Both the position numbers and the translations under genes were made by a program. Shown here piece after piece: positions 10,486 through 19,192 of a DNA stretch of 64,000 nucleotides. Source of the DNA: a bacterium (GTDB taxonomy: Bacteria > Electryoneota > RPQS01); contig JADJCU010000003.1 in assembly GCA_016703065.1 (NCBI GenBank), positions 457,045 to 521,044 on the forward strand, in the 5' to 3' direction. Below the pieces are notes generated by a model that saw only the letters and a list, made by a program, of their open reading frames with translations, did no database searches and had not been told where the DNA came from. How positions within the stretch are numbered: the first letter of the stretch is position 1; every line of letters begins with the position of its first letter.

Positions 10486-10710
10486 GGGTTTCCGATGCCA
10501 TTTCGGCAGTAGGCTGGCGTAGTGCTGGCAGATGGGGTAAATAGGGAGGGCCGCTTCAATGAACGCTCATACAATCTAAACAATATTGATGAGTTCGGCA
10601 ACTATGGAGTTTAGGCCTTACGTGCGGGTACAATAGGATTAAATCAATAAATAACAATTTTTTAGTCTGGCATCCTTGCATGTGTCGGCGGTGTTGCAGG
10701 GGTCGGAACA

Positions 10711-10743
10711 AAGCACAGCCGGTCTTGTCGACCGGCTGTGCTT
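10711..10743 (-). terminator. Strong hairpin downstream of the catalase gene
   Basis: 14-bp perfect stem AAGCACAGCCGGTC/GACCGGCTGTGCTT with a 5-nt loop. T-rich on the minus-strand side. Confidence 0.65.
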
Positions 10744-10766
10744 ATTTGACGTGGCGGATCCAGCGA

Positions 10767-12275
10767 CTACGCAGTTGCTTTGACGCGATCTTCCTGAGTC
10801 ATGGCCGCGAGCTTGGCAATTTCATCTACGGGCAGGCCGAGACCTTTGGCCACGCGTTCGCCGTAGTCCTTGTCTACTTTATAGAAGAGCGCAGTTTGGC
10901 GCTTCTGCAAACGGAGCTGTGCATTTTTGAGATGGGCGACGATATTGGAGACCAGGTTGGCGCGATCGGTGTCGGTCATGACTTCACGATACAACGCAGC
11001 GGGCTGTACGAAGTCATCATCTGTGAGGTCGAAGCTGAATCGGTCGATTACGCCGGTGAGCGGAACGGGCGGCTCAGCATAGGACGCATCCGGAGCGGGT
11101 CCGCTGAAACTGTTTGGCCAGTAGTTCGGTCCGCCTGCACCGTTGTCATCAGTCCGCATGGCTCCATCGCGATGGTAGCTGTGCTCGCCGCTGACGCGGG
11201 GCGCATTGACGGGAATCAGGTGATAGTTGCCGCCCAAGCGATGGCGATGCGTGTCGTGGTAGCTGAAGAGACGGCCTTGCAGCATCTTGTCGGGCGACGG
11301 AGCGATGCCGGGAACGACCGTGCCGGGTGAAAACGCCGCCTGCTCGGTGTCGGCGAAGTAGTTCTTCGGGTTGCGATTCAGGACCATTCTTCCAACAGGA
11401 ATAAGCGGGGCGTCCTTATGCGGCCAGACTTTGGTGATGTCAAAAGAGTTGAAGCGGTATTTCTCAACCTGCTCAGGAGTCATGATCTGGACATAGACTT
11501 TCCAAGCCGGGGAATTGCCATCTTTGATTGAATTATAGAGATCGCGCGTTGCGAAATCCGGATCATCACCCGCGAGTTTTCCGGCCTCGTCGCGGGTGAA
11601 GGTCTTCGATCCCTGCTCGGTTTTGAAGTGAATCTTGACCCAGACGTATTCGTTTTTCTCATTGTACCACATGAATGTGTGGCCGCTGTATCCGTTCATG
11701 TTGCGGTAGCCATTGGGCGTACCGCGATCGGAGAAGAGCACCGTAACCTGATGAATGGACTCCGGCGTGAGGGACAGGAAATCCCAGAACATATCCGGGT
11801 CTTTCAGATTGGTGGCCGGATTGCGCTTTTGCGTGTGGATGAAGTCGGGGAACTTCAGCGGGTCGCGCACGAAGAACACCGGCGTGTTGTTGCCGACCAG
11901 GTCATAGTTGCCTTCTTCGGTATAGAATTTCACCGCGAAACCGCGCGGATCGCGCTCGGTGTCAGCTGAACCTTTCTCGCCGCCGACGGTAGAGAATCGC
12001 GCGAAAACTTCCGTGCGCTTGCCGACTTCGGAGAGGAATTTTGCGCGCGTGTATTTCGTCACATCGTGCGTCACTTCAAAGTAGCCCCATGCGCCGGCAC
12101 CTTTGGCATGTACGACGCGCTCGGGGATACGCTCGCGGTCGAAGTGGGCAAGTTTGTCGAACAGGTGAATGTCCTGCATCAGGGCAGGGCCATTCTTGCC
12201 TGCAGTCATAGTATTCAGATCATTGGGCACCGGAGTGCCCTGACTTGTGGTCAATTTATTGTTGGAATCGGACAT
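10767..12275 (-). CDS. katA: Monofunctional heme catalase (small-subunit type)
   Basis: 502 aa with [61 protein letters not shown] and [14 protein letters not shown] (proximal Tyr region). Confidence 0.95.
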   Translation of the reverse strand: MSDSNNKLTTSQGTPVPNDLNTMTAGKNGPALMQDIHLFDKLAHFDRERIPERVVHAKGAGAWGYFEVTHDVTKYTRAKFLSEVGKRTEVFARFSTVGGEKGSADTERDPRGFAVKFYTEEGNYDLVGNNTPVFFVRDPLKFPDFIHTQKRNPATNLKDPDMFWDFLSLTPESIHQVTVLFSDRGTPNGYRNMNGYSGHTFMWYNEKNEYVWVKIHFKTEQGSKTFTRDEAGKLAGDDPDFATRDLYNSIKDGNSPAWKVYVQIMTPEQVEKYRFNSFDITKVWPHKDAPLIPVGRMVLNRNPKNYFADTEQAAFSPGTVVPGIAPSPDKMLQGRLFSYHDTHRHRLGGNYHLIPVNAPRVSGEHSYHRDGAMRTDDNGAGGPNYWPNSFSGPAPDASYAEPPVPLTGVIDRFSFDLTDDDFVQPAALYREVMTDTDRANLVSNIVAHLKNAQLRLQKRQTALFYKVDKDYGERVAKGLGLPVDEIAKLAAMTQEDRVKATA

Positions 12276-12322
12276 TGTTCTTTCCTCGGTGAATGGAATA
12301 TAGACGATTTGTTATGGTTTGG

Positions 12323-12760
12323 TTAGGTCTTCCGGGCACAGGCCGCACAGATGCCGCGAAGTTCGACGTGTGACTGGATCACCGTGCCGAAGTTGCTGAC
12401 TTCCTGCGGGACGGGCAGGCGGTTAAATTCGTCATAGAAGAAATCTTCGGCGCGACCGCACTCGGTACAGACGAAATGATGATGCGGCGCGAGGTTGGCG
12501 TCGAAGCGCTGGCGCTCGTGCACGGGTCCCATGGTCGTGATGAGGCCGGCCTCTTTCAGAGCAGCGAGCGTGCGGTAGACGGTATCCAGAGAGATGGTCG
12601 GAACGCGAGTTTTCACGCGCTCGTAGACGCTTGCAGCATCGGGGTGGTCAGTGCGCGCCGCCACATCCATGAAGACCTCCATGCGTTGGTGCGTCAGTTT
12701 GAGTCCCGAGTCGCGGAGTTTCTTGAGCATGGATTCAAGCGGCGGAGTGCGATCGTCCAT
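12323..12760 (-). CDS. perR: Fur-family transcriptional regulator, PerR-like
   Basis: 145 aa with a winged-helix N-terminus, HHHFVCTECG and CAACARK CxxC pairs. Directly upstream of katA on the same strand. Confidence 0.8.
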   Translation of the reverse strand: MDDRTPPLESMLKKLRDSGLKLTHQRMEVFMDVAARTDHPDAASVYERVKTRVPTISLDTVYRTLAALKEAGLITTMGPVHERQRFDANLAPHHHFVCTECGRAEDFFYDEFNRLPVPQEVSNFGTVIQSHVELRGICAACARKT

Positions 12761-12789
12761 TTGTGCGAGAGTCTATTAGATAGGAATAG

Positions 12790-12803
12790 TTCTTATTTAA
12801 GAA
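12790..12803. promoter_or_regulatory. Candidate Fur/PerR-type operator
   Basis: 6-2-6 palindrome TTCTTA-tt-TAAGAA, 30 nt upstream of the perR start, in an AT-rich leader. A TTAAGAA half-site recurs about 80 nt further upstream. Confidence 0.3.
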
Positions 12804-13042
12804 TATACATCGAACTGAGATAAGATGCAACTTCCCTAAGTTCTCATATTTTCTGATCTAAATTAAAAACAAATAATATATTAAGAATCGCGATCAGGCG
12901 AGAGGCCGCCTTTGGGGAATTAGTTCATGTCAGCGACTAACGGGTCAGCGACACTTGGCCTGACTTGCCGGAGTTTGTACCGGAGCGTCGCGCAACTCGT
13001 GCTTGACTTAAAGCGAGCATAGTCTTATCTTCACGTTCCTCT

Positions 13043-13118
13043 GGCGCGTTCGTCTAGGGGTCTAGGACGCTGGCCTCTCACGCCGGTAACACGGGTTCGA
13101 ATCCCGTACGCGCTACCA
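13043..13118 (+). tRNA. tRNA-Glu (anticodon CUC), CCA encoded
   Basis: Manual cloverleaf: acceptor GGCGCGT/ACGCGCT (G1-U72 wobble), D arm GTCT/GGAC, anticodon stem CTGGC/GCCGG with loop CTCTCAC, and T arm ACGGG-TTCGAAT-CCCGT. 76 nt. Closely resembles canonical bacterial tRNA-Glu. Confidence 0.9.
13104..13116 (+). repeat. attL-like core (tRNA 3' end) CCGTACGCGCTAC
   Basis: Identical 13-mer recurs at 59379-59391. Confidence 0.6.
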
Positions 13119-14689
13119 TGCGCAACAATGTTGCGAACTTGATCGTCAGAACCTCCACCCAGTCCGGTGGAGGTTTTTATTTTTACGTTACTTATCAATT
13201 CAAATTGAATCAGGATGCGATCATCTTTTTGCTTGGTCAGCCGCACTTCCTTCACAAGCACCCGTATCGCCTTCCTACGGTCTTCAGGAGACATTCCTAG
13301 CCACAATGTCCAAAAGTACTGGTAAGAGTCCCGCAAGTCGTCTAGGTTGCTTGAAGGCTGCTTCAATGCCTCTATCGTGACATCCATATCTTGGATTCGT
13401 TGATCCATGCCCTGAATTGCACTGTTGACATCGCGAATCCGGCCAAAGATATTGTCCCGAACATCGTTAGAGGTCGGACTTTCGAGTGCAACCATCAAAT
13501 TTTCAAGTTTGCGCCGTTCTTCAGCGACGTTTCGAACCACTTGGTCACGCTGTTCCTTCAACGCGTTAACTTCTTCATCGCGATTCCCACTAGACTTGTC
13601 CAGAACTGATTTCAATAGTGTTTGATTCACTGACAATAAACGGAGCAGTGCCACACCAATTGCTTCAACATCAACACTACTGACCTGCTTCAATGGGCAT
13701 ACCGATGACGTACGTTTCAATGCATTTGGCATCGATAATAGGTGTGTGCCTTGCCATTCTTGTGTGCCCTGTACGGCGTCATTACTGCATTGCAATGCCC
13801 ACATCGAATGAACGATGAAAACAATGCCTCGTTAGGCAGTGTTTTGTTGAAGTAGTGGTTGACTCCGCGTGTTCTCAGCAATGCTTTCCACCCTCTGGAA
13901 CGTCGATACATCTATTATCGCAGTGTGAACACCGGGAACGAACTTCTTAGCATCAATCGGGTCACGAAATTTCCCAATATAAGCTGGGTTTTGAAGAATC
14001 CGTAGAATTCCTTGTGCTGACCACGGATTGCTCTTTCGTGACCGCAGTCCTTCGCGATTGAATACTGCCGTGATTTCATAGCTGGATTTCCCACCAAGGT
14101 ATTCATCGAAGATTCGCTTGACTACAGTCGCTTCTTGGTCGTCAACACAGCCTTCCGTTTTCACTCTTGTATCCAAACGGAGTAGGCCCACCACGCCACT
14201 CACCACGTGCGATTTTTGCACGCATCCCTTCGGTTGTACGTTTTCGGGTCATCTCGCGCTCAAACTGTGCAAAGGCAAGCAATATGTTTCGCATTAACTC
14301 ACCTTCCGGCCCCTTGGTCCCAAAGATACCTTGATCTACAGGGTAGAATTCGATCCCAAGATCAACCAGCGTCTGATTCGTATTCAGAAAATCAACGATG
14401 CTGCGGCTGAAGCGGTCCACTTTCGTCACCACGATCAACTCGAATTTCCTTCCTTCGCATCTGCAAACAGTCGTTGTAGGCTGGGTCTTTCCATTGTGCC
14501 ACCGCTTGCGACATCTTTATAGATTTCGACAATGTCATGGCTTTCAAACTTACAATACTCTCGGCATCGAATCTCTTGGGTATCTAAGCTTCCCCCTTCC
14601 TCCCTATCCTGTTGATCCGTACTGACGCGGCAGTAGATTGCGACCCTGCGATTCTTTCGTTCTTCTGATAGCTTATTGCGCTGCTTCAT
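13119..14689 (-). pseudogene. Large serine recombinase (resolvase/invertase N-terminus, recombinase domain, zinc ribbon, coiled coil), fragmented
   Basis: Five consecutive ORF pieces (14435-14689, 14142-14438, 13832-14221, 13717-13911, 13031-13804). Motifs: VAIYCRVSTDQQ (catalytic Ser), VTKVDRFSRS, GGPTPFGYK, CGHCNAVM...YYRC. The break at about 14445 is an A-run indel. The last piece runs antisense through the tRNA, so the true 3' end is uncertain. Confidence 0.85.
13150..13185 (+). terminator. Rho-independent terminator immediately after tRNA-Glu
   Basis: 10-bp stem AACCTCCACC/GGTGGAGGTT with loop CAGTCC, followed by TTTATTTTT. Confidence 0.75.
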
Positions 14690-14875
14690 GACTTTCTCGC
14701 TTCGTGCGGGACGGATAACGGCTTCTTAATGCTCACTAATTTAGTGGTTCGGGAAGACTACTGCAAGGGCTTCCGCTTGTTTCTTATGCCGTGATTCTGG
14801 CATAAGAATTTACAGAAGCAAGAGCTCTGCATTGTGCGGGGCTCTTTTCGTTTACAACCCCCTAAGGAGTCTCCC

Positions 14876-15088
14876 ATGAAAGTCAAAGTCCTCTGCCTTG
14901 GCCGCTCGGCTAAGGAAATCAACGTCAGTGACGGCACCACCGTCGAACAGGCCATCGCGGAAGCTGGGTTCCCGAAGGATTCCAGTTACACCCGGCACCT
15001 GAACGGCAGTCCGTGTTTCGATACGGATATCTTGGTCGAAGGCGCGGTGCTCACCCTGGTGCCACAAGTGAAAGGCGGGGGTTGTTAG
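14876..15088 (+). CDS. Ubiquitin-like beta-grasp protein (ThiS/MoaD-like), C-terminus ...VKGGGC
   Basis: ATG at 14876, 6 nt after AAGGAG. 70 aa with a ThiS-like pattern (MKVKVL...DGTTVEQAI...ILVEGAVLTLVPQVKGG). First gene of the Ubl/E2/JAB/E1 cassette. Confidence 0.75.
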   Translation: MKVKVLCLGRSAKEINVSDGTTVEQAIAEAGFPKDSSYTRHLNGSPCFDTDILVEGAVLTLVPQVKGGGC

Positions 15089-15166
15089 ACAGCGTTCCTG
15101 ACTGTCTACCAATTCAGGGGAGGGCTGCGGTTCAAGTAACCGTGGCCCTCTCTTTCCTCCGGTGGA

Positions 15167-16273
15167 ATGCATATGATTGAACAAATCAGAACCCTGATCA
15201 GGTTCTACGAACAGAAGTGGCATGTGCCGATTACCTTGATGAATCAAGACATGGACCTGCATTGTTGGCACGAAGTTGGAATTGCTGTCCGCGTTAATGC
15301 GGATCCTGATTCAGCATTCTCCAAGAACATCGCAGGTGATCCACTTGTGATGGAATCAGTGCTTGTAGGCAAGGTCAACGCAAGTTGGCTTGTGTTGTAC
15401 GGTGCGCCACATATAGATGTAACTTCAAACATCCTTGACGCACATCTTCCGCGTATGTGCCGCGCGTTTAGAAAACGTCAAAGGGAAACCTTGATTGACA
15501 CCATGCAGACTGTTGCTGCCGAACGAAAGCATGAACTCGCAGTTTCGCTGCGTGATGACAAGTATGAACTCGAACGACTGTGTATGCAAGTGATGACACT
15601 GTCGCGGAAGATTGAAGGTGACCGCGAGATACTGAATATGTTCAGTAGAGCGCCAGAATTCATTAAGGGCAAGGCGACGCGGACATTCGTGGAGATGATG
15701 AAGCTGGTGCCAAGTTGCTATTCACATATCAACGTCGTCGACAAGTCTGTGCTCGCCGAAACGTATCCGATTACATTGGAACACGATGGACGAAGTTACG
15801 ACTTTGATCCGTATGTGGTTGAAGTAGATCTTGATAAGGGCAAGGTGTTAATAAGCGGCGGCACCGAATGCAACGGATACATTCATCCACACTGCACCGA
15901 TGATCCGAATAACATCTGTTGGGGAAATGTCGGTCATCTTGTTTCACGATTGACAGGCGAACTTGATTTGCATGGATTGCTTCAGCTGGTGCATCAGTTT
16001 CTGCACTCCTACAACAACAGCGACCCATTCCAGAAGATCGAGAAGTGGGATCCTGACTTCGTTGAGGACAACGAAGACGATGACCCGTACTGTTCCTGGT
16101 GCGATGACTACGGACACGACATTTCAGATTGTGAATCCTGTTGGTGGTGTGAACACTGTCAGCAATACGATGATCACGATGCCGATGAATGCCCTAATCA
16201 CCCAAAAGATGAAGACGAAGAAGAGGAGGATGCCGATGCAGAACTTGCAGAGGACACAGCGTCAGCCGGTTGA
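15167..16273 (+). CDS. E2 (UBC)-like protein with a long N-terminal extension and a Cys/His-rich, poly-acidic C-terminal tail
   Basis: 368 aa. YIHPHCTDDPNNICWGNVGHL resembles the E2 HPN...Cys catalytic loop. The tail is DPYCSWCDDYGHDISDCESCWWCEHCQQYDDHDADECPNH followed by DEDEEEEDADAE. Sits between the Ubl and JAB genes. Confidence 0.55.
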   Translation: MHMIEQIRTLIRFYEQKWHVPITLMNQDMDLHCWHEVGIAVRVNADPDSAFSKNIAGDPLVMESVLVGKVNASWLVLYGAPHIDVTSNILDAHLPRMCRAFRKRQRETLIDTMQTVAAERKHELAVSLRDDKYELERLCMQVMTLSRKIEGDREILNMFSRAPEFIKGKATRTFVEMMKLVPSCYSHINVVDKSVLAETYPITLEHDGRSYDFDPYVVEVDLDKGKVLISGGTECNGYIHPHCTDDPNNICWGNVGHLVSRLTGELDLHGLLQLVHQFLHSYNNSDPFQKIEKWDPDFVEDNEDDDPYCSWCDDYGHDISDCESCWWCEHCQQYDDHDADECPNHPKDEDEEEEDADAELAEDTASAG

Positions 16274-16952
16274 TGCTGGCGTGAAGATTCAAGTTGAGGC
16301 TGAGGCCATGCAGAAGCTTTGGTTGTGGACTGATTTTGCCAAGGGTGAAGTCAGTTGCCTTGGCCTTGTCGATGAAGTAGTTAGCTCGGAAACTGGCCGG
16401 ACAACGGCATTAATTGTAACTGACTTCTTTCTCGTGAAACAGCAGTGCACCTATGAAGAAACGGACATGGACGTAGCTGATATTGCGCGGCTGATTGCTG
16501 AACTTGAATCAAAAGGAATTGACTCGCGTAAGCTTCGTTGTTGGGCTCACTCGCATGGCAGCATGTCAGTCTTCTGGAGTGGTCAAGATGAATCATGTAT
16601 CAGCGGGCTCGCCAACAACGAATGGTTGCTTTCCCTCGTTGTCAACAAGCGTCGTGATACACAGATGCGTCTGGATCAGTTCCATCCCAGTCACATGTAC
16701 ATTCCTGATGTTCAGTGGGAGGTGAAATATCCACTGGTGGACGGTCTCGCAGTAGCATGCTTTGATGAATTCAAAACCAAAGTGCGCGAGACAACGTTTC
16801 TAAAGCGAACTCGCGAGGATCAATTGGTCAGGCGCGACATGATTCTCGATGAACTTGACGAAGCCAGCGCACGCGGCGCTTTGACCATGGAGGAACTTGA
16901 TGACGAACTGAATTGGCTGGGGATTGAACGTGACGACTTTGAACAATATTAG
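16236..16952 (+). CDS. JAB/MPN+ (JAMM) metallopeptidase, putative Ubl-processing or deconjugating enzyme
   Basis: HSHGSMSVFWSGQD equals the JAMM motif H-x-H-x7-S-x2-D. Start reassigned to ATG 16236 (GGAGGA 6 nt upstream), which overlaps the E2-like gene by 38 nt. Confidence 0.8.
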   Translation: MQNLQRTQRQPVDAGVKIQVEAEAMQKLWLWTDFAKGEVSCLGLVDEVVSSETGRTTALIVTDFFLVKQQCTYEETDMDVADIARLIAELESKGIDSRKLRCWAHSHGSMSVFWSGQDESCISGLANNEWLLSLVVNKRRDTQMRLDQFHPSHMYIPDVQWEVKYPLVDGLAVACFDEFKTKVRETTFLKRTREDQLVRRDMILDELDEASARGALTMEELDDELNWLGIERDDFEQY

Positions 16953-16960
16953 GAGACCGA

Positions 16961-17617
16961 ATGAACGACATGCGATTTCTAAGACAGCAAGATGTTGTCG
17001 ATGCAGACAAGTTAGCCAACTTGTTTGTAACGTTGATCGGTCTCGGGAGCATCGGTTCGGTCTCGGGATTGTATCTCGCCAAGATGGGCGTCGGCAAGCT
17101 GACCTGTTTCGATGCCGATTTTGTGGACATCCACAATGTCAGCAATCAGGCGTATGGGATGTCTGATGTAGGTCTGATGAAGGCAGATGCATTTGCAAAT
17201 CTGGTTGAACTACAGACAGGCGTGCTGCCAAACACCGTTGGTCTGCAATACGATGGCCGTGAACTATCAGGTGTCGTCATCAGCGCAGTTGACAGCATGG
17301 CAAGTCGCTTGGCAATCTGGAAGGGAATTCGAGAGCAGGCTGCGGTGCAGCTCTACATCGATTCGCGCATGGCGCTGAACACTATGGATGTGCACATCGT
17401 GCGGCCACAAGTTCGAACTGAGAGAATCAGCTACGCGCAGACACTTGTTTCAGACGATCAGACGTTGCAAGAACCATGCACCGCACGGACGATTTGTTAC
17501 TCGCCTTTGATGGCTGGGAGTGTAATCTGTTCTCTCGTGAAGCGGTTTATTTGCGACGAACAGGTGCCATCGCGTGTCATTCTCGATCTGGCAACGATGA
17601 CTTTGCTGGCAAGTTAG
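16961..17617 (+). CDS. ThiF/MoeB-family E1-like adenylyltransferase (short form)
   Basis: 218 aa with LIGLGSIGS (GxGxxG), CFDADFVDIHNVSNQ and ISAVDSMASR. AGGAG RBS upstream. Confidence 0.8.
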   Translation: MNDMRFLRQQDVVDADKLANLFVTLIGLGSIGSVSGLYLAKMGVGKLTCFDADFVDIHNVSNQAYGMSDVGLMKADAFANLVELQTGVLPNTVGLQYDGRELSGVVISAVDSMASRLAIWKGIREQAAVQLYIDSRMALNTMDVHIVRPQVRTERISYAQTLVSDDQTLQEPCTARTICYSPLMAGSVICSLVKRFICDEQVPSRVILDLATMTLLAS

Positions 17618-17625
17618 CCAGCACT

Positions 17626-17648
17626 AGATAGGGGCAGCCCTATCTTTT
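17626..17648 (+). terminator. Terminator closing the Ubl cassette
   Basis: Stem AGATAGGG/CCCTATCT with loop GCAG, followed by TTT. Confidence 0.6.
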
Positions 17649-17781
17649 AGCCGTGAGGTGGCCGCCGTTGCCTTCCGTAAGCATCCTTGTAAAAAGCTTC
17701 TTTCAATATGAATTGTTACATTCTTTCACAATTTGTCATTTCTCGTTAGTGTAAGCAATTGATTCTTATTGTCTTAGAATT

Positions 17782-17796
17782 TGGACCAAAGATTGC
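17782..17796 (+). promoter_or_regulatory. Candidate sigma-54 promoter (-24/-12) upstream of cusC
   Basis: TGGACCAAAGATTGC has correct GG-N10-GC spacing and a TTGC -12 element, about 30 nt upstream of the cusC ATG. A sigma-54-dependent activator is encoded in the same cluster. Confidence 0.45.
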
Positions 17797-17825
17797 CTTA
17801 ACCGTTATCAATTATACTCAACGCT

Positions 17826-19183
17826 ATGTCATCATTACACTCAAAGTGGAATAAACAAGCTATGCTGGTCCGTGCCGTCCTGTTGCCAACTCTAACTGTG
17901 CTTTGCGCGATGAGTTCATTTGCACAAGGGGTTGACAGCGATAGCCTGCTTGCCAGCTATGTTGCTGAATCGTGGAAGACTCATCCCAACATCGATCGCA
18001 TGCGAGCCATGATTGCTGTGGAAAGTAGCCGTGCTACCATGAACAACTCGTGGATGAATCCGGAATTGCGCGCCGGACTGATGAATATTCCAGAAAGCTT
18101 TGATGCCCATGCGGATCCGATGACTATGTTTCAGATTGGCGCAATGCAACAGATTCCTTTCCGGGAAAACTTAAAGCTGCAAGGCGAGCAGGTGAAGCTC
18201 GGGTCAACGCCGCAACGGCCACTCTTGACCAAGAGCGATTTCGGATGGCAGCGATGGTCGCGATGACTTATTACGACTTAGCCGCCGCGCTGGAAACGCG
18301 CCAAACGCTGGAACAAGGACTCGTGCTGACAAAACAGGCTGTTGACGCTGCAACATCGTTGCTTTCCACAGGCAAGGGATCACAGGCAGAAGTGTTGCGG
18401 GCAGGCCTTGAGCAAGAAGAGTGGAATCTCAAATTGCTTGCGAACGCATCGGAGACCGACCAAAAACGCGCAGCGCTAGCCTATGCGATCGGACGGACCG
18501 AGGTCAGTACACTTACAGACCCTGTTCTTCCGAGTAGCTTGCCACCAATGATTGACCTTGACGCAGGACTTGCCTTGGCTGAAAATGCATTAACTCCGCA
18601 AGTCAAAATCGCACTGGCGCAATCACAAGCTGCCGAATTTGAACTTCGAAGAGCCAAGCTTGAGTATTGGCCCGACATCAAGTTAGAGCTTGCCTATGGA
18701 ATAAGAGGGGCGTTGAACGGTACGGGAGCAGATCCCCATACAGGCGAACCGATTTCACAGTCACTCAAGCAAGATAACATGGTCACTTTTGAGGTGTCCG
18801 CTCCTGTCCCGCTGTTTTCCCGCGGCAATCAACAAGCAAAGATAAACGAAGCTCGTGCTATGAATCGTAGCCGACAAAGTGAGCAAATAGAATCAGTGCT
18901 CAACCTGCAGCAGGAATTGCGGTTCGTTCACGCGGAATTCACGGAAACGATTAATCAGTCCGAAGTGAATAGCCGAGTTTTGCAACAAGGAGAGGCAGCC
19001 TGGCGTTCTGCGCTTGTGGACTATCAAGCCGGGATTTATCCCTACATGGGACTCTCAGAAGCGCGCATGATTTTGGTCATGGCTCAGATTGAATCTGTTA
19101 TGTATCGCGCAAAAGCCTGGGCAACGTATCAACAGTGGCAAAGCCTGCTTGGAAATTACACCGTTGACGCAACGGAACAATAG
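17826..19183 (+). pseudogene. cusC: TolC/CusC-family outer-membrane efflux protein, one frameshift
   Basis: Pieces 17826-18266 and 18245-19183. The join at about 18165 (CCTTTCCGGG) restores ...QQIPFPGKLKAARRAGEARVNAA...; a C-run indel. Confidence 0.8.
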
Positions 19184-19192
19184 GAAGTCAAC

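Noticed and set aside
10680-12326. Plus-strand ORFs antisense to katA (216, 113 and 86 aa); similar antisense ORFs occur within cusA, copA, hppA, the primase genes and others
   Set aside because: They lie entirely inside strongly conserved genes on the opposite strand and have no motifs or RBS. These are typical shadow ORFs of G+C-rich coding DNA.
13031-13118. Recombinase C-terminus extending across the tRNA gene (tail ...GSAYGIRTRVTGVRGQRPRPLDERARGT)
   Set aside because: This tail is the antisense translation of tRNA-Glu and of the terminator hairpin. Given the many indels in this gene, the real stop is probably upstream of 13190. Coordinates are left uncertain.
15963-16235. N-terminal 90 residues of the listed 329-aa ORF (15963..16952)
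   Set aside because: This part is an out-of-frame overlap with the E2-like gene and is Thr/Cys-rich nonsense. The JAB domain starts after ATG 16236, which has a GGAGGA RBS.
14876-17617. ThiS/ThiF or MoaD/MoeB sulfur-carrier biosynthesis operon as the reading of the Ubl and E1 genes
   Set aside because: No thiazole or molybdopterin biosynthesis genes are adjacent. A JAMM peptidase and an E2-like HPH...C protein lie between the two genes, the Ubl carries residue(s) after the GG, and the location is on a mobile island. All of this points to protein conjugation instead.
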